Shown here: positions 59,929 through 64,000 of the stretch, one piece after another
How positions within the stretch are numbered: position 1 is the stretch's first letter
Layout: every line of letters starts with the position of its first letter
Origin: Candidatus Methanomethylophilaceae archaeon
GTDB taxonomy: Archaea; Thermoplasmatota; Thermoplasmata; Methanomassiliicoccales; Methanomethylophilaceae
Assembly: GCA_944320495.1 (NCBI GenBank)
Contig: CALUHR010000013.1
Span: forward strand, 128,001-192,000
Reading direction: 5' to 3'
Length of the DNA stretch: 64,000 bases
Program-made: the position numbers and the translations under genes
Notes under the pieces: generated by a model
Told to the model about the DNA's origin: nothing
What the model saw: only the letters and a program-made list of their open reading frames with translations
Database searches by the model: none

Positions 59929-60221
59929 ATGGAACATTTGAATGAGCACACGAGCCTGCAGCATGAGGAGATCGATGCGGCGATCGTATCCTCGGATGGC
60001 AATGCGGGGATGTTCGTGGAATGCGGATACCGCGGCGAGACGACCGGTGCCGACGTGCTGAGGATCTCATTCGCAAATCCGAACCGATCGGCATGGGAGA
60101 TCGCAGATGCTGCGTCATGTCCGAATCAGGATTCTCACCGGGACTCGAGGACGAAGCGAGGAGGAGCGGCGCGATGCTCTTGACACTTGAGTACCTGGAT
60201 CCTCCGGAGTATGACGTCTAA
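59929..60221 (+). pseudogene. Frameshifted fragment of an ATPase DUF234/PD-(D/E)xK C-terminus
   Basis: EIDAAIV...FVECGY then, after a 1-nt shift near 60060, EDLIRKS...VMSESGFS; parallels the C-terminus of 4032-5468. Confidence 0.6.
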
Positions 60222-60272
60222 GCCCTTTTATATAGCGTCAAAAATCGTTCGGACATCCAGGAGACCGTACCC

Positions 60273-61037
60273 ATGACCGGAACCTGCACCATCGTGATCC
60301 CGACGTACAACGAGGAGCGGAACATAGCGAACATAGCCAGGGCCATACGCGAGGCGTACCCCGACTACAGGATCCTCTTCATGGACGACAACTCCACGGA
60401 CAGGAGCCGCCAGGAGGTCGAGGCCCTGAACGACCCGCTCGTGACGTTCTACGTCCGCGACCCGGATGCCAGGGGGCTCGGTGCGTCCGTCCTCCAGGGT
60501 TTCGCGCTGGCGCAGACCGACTACGCCATGTGCATGGACTGCGACTTCCAGCACCCTGTGTCCGCGCTCGGAGGCCTCGTCGCCGAGATGGACAAGGGCG
60601 CTGACATCTGCGTCGGGCAGAGGAACAGCAGGATGTCCATGGGTTTCAAGAGGGCCATGGGGTCCGAGGTCGTCGAGGCGTTCTGCAAGGTCCAGTTCTG
60701 GGTGCACGGGAAGCAGACCACCAAGGACATGATGAGCGGGCTGTTCGCGCTCAGGTGCGATGTGTTCAGGCCAATCATCGAGAACAACTGGGACCAGTTC
60801 GAGCTCCGCGGATGGAAGGTCCTGATGGACCTGCTCAAGTTCGCCGACCGCAGGATGAGCGTCTCCTACTACAGATACGACTTCGGCACCCGCGCGGAGG
60901 GCGAGTCCCACCTCAACCCGAAGGTCCCGATCATGACCTTCCACCAGCTCTGGGGGTTCGGGAAGTGGTGCGCCAGGGTCGTCGCCAAGATCTACGGCGT
61001 GGACTACTACGAGATGTACCCCGCCGAGAGGAGACGA
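60273..61037 (+). CDS. Dolichol-phosphate glycosyltransferase (DPM1/AglD-like GT2); ends at CGA 61035-61037 (standard-code end 61052)
   Basis: IVIPTYNE, DDNSTD, MDCDFQHP, RAEGESHL. Confidence 0.88.
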
Positions 61038-61801
61038 TGTTCGCCGATGTGAACGGCATATCCCTCCGCTACGAGGTGAGGGGTTCCGGGGAGCCCGTGG
61101 TGCTCCTCGGGGGATTCGGCGCGAACGCGGGGTTCTGGGAGCCGATGCTCGGGGATCTGGACGGCTTCCGCATCATCACCATGGACAACCGCGGGGTCGG
61201 GAGCACGCGGTACGACGGAGAATTCTCGATATCCGACATGGCGGACGACGTCGACGCGCTCCTTGAACGTCTCGATGTCGGGGATGCGCACATTCTCGGA
61301 TGGTCCATGGGGTCCCAGATCGCCCAGTGCATAGCGGTACGGCATCCGGACAGGGTGAGGACGCTGACGCTCGTTTCCTCGTATCTCGGATTCCCCGCGA
61401 GGGCGGATTACATCCTCCTCGGTCTGACTCGCATGGCGCTCGAGGGCACGGCGCCGGAGGACTGCCTGGCGATGGCCGTGAACGCCCTGTGTCTCCCGGA
61501 GTCTACGTTCGAGGAGCTGAGGCGGAAGGGACTGGAGATGCCCGTGCCCGAGGACATGGAAGGCCCCGAGGGACTGATGGACCAGCTGGACGCCATGAGG
61601 GCGTACTCCGGCGAGGGACTGGAGAGCATCTCCATCCCCGCACTCGTGATCCATGGGAGAAGGGACGCCATGATCGAACCGGACAACGGCGCGGCGGTGG
61701 CGTCGAGGATCCGCGGGAGCGAGCTCCTCATGGTGGATGCGGGCCACAGCGTCCCGTTCGGGATGTACCGCGACAGGTTCCTGGGATTCATCGGCCAGCG
61801 A
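61037..61801 (+). CDS. Alpha/beta hydrolase; ends at CGA 61799-61801 (standard-code end 61933)
   Basis: DNRGVG, GWSMG nucleophile elbow, GRRD, AGHS. Confidence 0.9.
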
Positions 61802-61805
61802 CGGT

Positions 61806-62222
61806 TCGGAGCCTCTTCCGCATCATCACGTGCGGACAGTACTCGTCGAGGTACTCGTCGCCGAACGCCTCGTACCCCAGCGTTTCGTAGAACCCCTTTG
61901 CGCGGACCTGAGCGGAGAGCAGCGATTCCCTGAACCCCATGGACCGGGCCACGTCCTCGGCCTCGGTCACCACCGCAGAGCCTATGCCCCTGCCGCGGTA
62001 CTCCCTGACCACGGCGATCCTGCCTATGTGGCATTCGCCGCCCTCTCCGGGGATGATGCGGCAGACAGCGACGGGGACGTCTCCGTCATAGAGTACGATG
62101 TGCTTCGAGATCGCGTCGTCATCGTCGAACTCGACCACGAAGCCCTGCTCCTCGACGAATACGTCGGTGCGTATGCGGACCTCGTCGTCGGAGATCGAAT
62201 CGGACACGACCGGGCGGAGCAT
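61806..62222 (-). CDS. GNAT acetyltransferase (ElaA/YjcF-like); ends at CGA 61806-61808 (standard-code end 61788)
   Basis: IRTDVFVEEQG, IGRIAVVREYRGRGIG, SAQVRAKGFYETLGY, PHVMMRK. Confidence 0.92.
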
Positions 62223-62371
62223 CGCAGGGGCCTCCTCGCCATGATGCGTGGTTGTCCGTCCTCGGGGTGCTCCTCCTCGAACACCGCCCCGCGCGTGGCT
62301 TCGGAATCCGGAGTTGTGGCAGAAGGCGTCTCGAAACGGAACATGGAATCACAGAATCAGGGGTATGAAGG

Positions 62372-62444
62372 TGGGCCCGCCCAGATTTGAACTGGAGTTA
62401 CGTGCACCCCAAGCACGAAGGATACCAAGCTACCCCACGGGCCC
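62372..62444 (-). tRNA. tRNA-Pro(GGG)
   Basis: GGGCCCGTGGGGTAGCTTGGTATCCT, CGTGC-TT-GGG-GT-GCACG, AGTTCAAATCT. Confidence 0.95.
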
Positions 62445-62512
62445 ACTGAAAGGGTGGAACGGGTTTTGAATTAAAAGGTTATGCCTCGGGCCGGAGCCCG
62501 AGGGAGGGGAGA

Positions 62513-62704
62513 TCATCCCAGAGGGGCGATCTCCTTGATGAGGTCGGCATGTGAGACGATCATCCTGCGGCAGCAGTACCTCTCGAATCCGAGGTCGTCG
62601 AGGACGGCTTTCGGATCCTCGCCCTGCCTGACGCGCTCTATGTAGACGGGGTAGGCGGAGCCTACGACCTTTCCGCATGTAAAGCACCTGACCGGTATTA
62701 TCAT
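62513..62704 (-). CDS. rpoN: RNA polymerase subunit N
   Basis: [19 protein letters not shown]. Confidence 0.97.
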   Translation of the reverse strand: MIIPVRCFTCGKVVGSAYPVYIERVRQGEDPKAVLDDLGFERYCCRRMIVSHADLIKEIAPLG

Positions 62705-62716
62705 GCCACCATCTCC

Positions 62717-63118
62717 TCAACGGTAGGACTTCTGCTTCTTGGCGCGGGCGCCGGGACCCATGGGGTTCTTGGGCAGCTTCCTCCTGTCGTCGTTAATCAG
62801 GAGGGTCCTGTCGTAGGCCCTGAAGATCGCCTCGAGCTCGTCGTCCTTGTAGAAGTCGACGAGGCCCCTGGCGATGGCGGTCCTGGCTGCTGCTGCCTGG
62901 CCCATGACTCCGCCGCCGTTGACGGTGACGGAGATGTCGACCTTCTCGGCCCTCTCGGGAACGAGTCCCAGAGGCTCCTCGATCTTGAGCCTGGCCAGCT
63001 CGGGGGTGAAGACCTCGATGGGGACCTTGTTGATGGTCACCCTGCCGGTGCCCTCCTTGACGACGGCCCTTGCGATGGCGGTCTTCCTCTTTCCGCTAGT
63101 GTTCACGCAGTCAACCAT
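62717..63118 (-). CDS. rps9: 30S ribosomal protein S9
   Basis: GKRKTAIARA, GGGVMGQA, GARAKKQKSYR. Confidence 0.97.
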   Translation of the reverse strand: MVDCVNTSGKRKTAIARAVVKEGTGRVTINKVPIEVFTPELARLKIEEPLGLVPERAEKVDISVTVNGGGVMGQAAAARTAIARGLVDFYKDDELEAIFRAYDRTLLINDDRRKLPKNPMGPGARAKKQKSYR

Positions 63119-63122
63119 GGGA

Positions 63123-63548
63123 TCATCTCACGTTGGAACCCAGGAATTTGGAAACGGCTCCCAGGGTCGTGTACTTGCCGGTGATCTTCCTGCAGGCGTC
63201 CGTGGGCCTCTCCTTCTCGCAGTCCTGGAACTGCTTGGGGGTGCCGACGAACACGTGGAGCCTCCTGTAGGCCTCCCTGCCGGAGGTGGTGTTCCAGGGG
63301 ATCATTCCCCTGACGCACCTCTTGAACAGGAGATCCGCCCTGCGGGGGTAGAAGGGTCCCTTCCTCTTGGTGGTGTCTCCGCGGTCGACCTTGGCCTTGT
63401 ACGCGGCGAACACCTTGTCCTTGACGCCGGTGATGACGATGGCCTCGGCGTTCAGGACGACGATCTCCTCGCCATCCATGATCCTCTCGGCGACCACGCT
63501 GGCCAGCCTTCCGTGGATCAGGTTCCTTCCGTCGATTACTGTAACCAT
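63123..63548 (-). CDS. rpl13: 50S ribosomal protein L13
   Basis: GRLASVVA, GPFYPRRAD, VRGMIP. Confidence 0.96.
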   Translation of the reverse strand: MVTVIDGRNLIHGRLASVVAERIMDGEEIVVLNAEAIVITGVKDKVFAAYKAKVDRGDTTKRKGPFYPRRADLLFKRCVRGMIPWNTTSGREAYRRLHVFVGTPKQFQDCEKERPTDACRKITGKYTTLGAVSKFLGSNVR

Positions 63549-63553
63549 TCGAA

Positions 63554-63913
63554 TCACCTCATGATCCTGACGCCGGTTCCCTTGGGGTTGGCCTCGGCCA
63601 GCTCCTCGATGGTCAGCGTCTTTCCGCCCGCGGCCTCGATGGCCTTGGCTGCAGCGTCCGAGAAGTCGTACGCGGCGACGGTGATCTTCTTGCTAATCGT
63701 GCCTGCGGCGAGAACTTTGCCCGGAACGAGGATGGTCTCCCCGTCCTGTGCATACCTCTCAAGTTTGCTGAGGTTCGCTTCGGCCCAGTTCCTCTTGGGT
63801 TTCTCGAGCCGGAGCGCTACATCTCGCCAGATGGCAGCTTCAGTCTCCCTCGTCTTCGCCTTGAGGTTGTCGATCAGGGCGATGAGCTGAGGATTAGTCT
63901 TAAAGCTCCTCAT
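63554..63913 (-). CDS. rpl18e: 50S ribosomal protein L18e
   Basis: KTNPQL, IWRDVA, VPGKVL, FSDAA. Confidence 0.96.
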   Translation of the reverse strand: MRSFKTNPQLIALIDNLKAKTRETEAAIWRDVALRLEKPKRNWAEANLSKLERYAQDGETILVPGKVLAAGTISKKITVAAYDFSDAAAKAIEAAGGKTLTIEELAEANPKGTGVRIMR

Positions 63914-64000
63914 ATTTCTGACTCTCCCGATGTCTCGGTAATTCGCGCGTATACGGGAGTCACTTATAAAGGTATGCCGAACCCGTCGGCGAAGGCCGAC

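Noticed and set aside
5562-61808. Terminal CGAs as systematic TGA-to-CGA sequencing errors
   Set aside because: Flanking contexts vary widely, and errors would not explain the absence of internal CGA in the lower-GC island; considered unlikely but not excluded without raw reads

Overview
High-GC archaeal chromosome segment, most consistent with a Methanomassiliicoccales (Thermoplasmata) methanogen: unsplit rpoB in an rpoH-rpoB-rpoA1-rpoA2-rpl30e-nusA operon, pantoate kinase next to coaBC, trm56, archaeal Elp3, hypB. Layout: (1-3960) Ser/Thr kinase, SPFH, Zn-ribbon/FHA-like and PP2C operon; (4032-6728 and 21149-22297) ATPase, HD, HEPN-like and HipA-like accessory genes; (6780-21062) a lower-GC 12-gene island (5 GT2, 2 radical SAM/SPASM, UbiA, PaaK-like ligase, Ugd, Uxs, nucleotidyltransferase) between 63-bp direct repeats; (22464-63913) mostly housekeeping genes, 3 tRNAs and an 1867-aa AglB/STT3 paralog with altered catalytic motifs. 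Main discovery: the window does not appear to follow the standard code. In 16 genes the first in-frame CGA falls where the protein should end; treating CGA as stop removes implausible overlaps and gives a CGATG coupling. I found no CGA inside any coding body I read codon by codon, including all 12 island genes. TAG is almost unused as a stop and lies in frame inside two continuous genes. This suggests a code with CGA = stop (or C-to-U edited to UGA) and TAG = sense (probably pyrrolysine). CDS ends below use CGA as stop where noted. All annotation is by motif reading only; no database searches were run, and I did not scan every codon of the longest genes (rpoB, rpoA1, rpoA2, aglB-like, proS).
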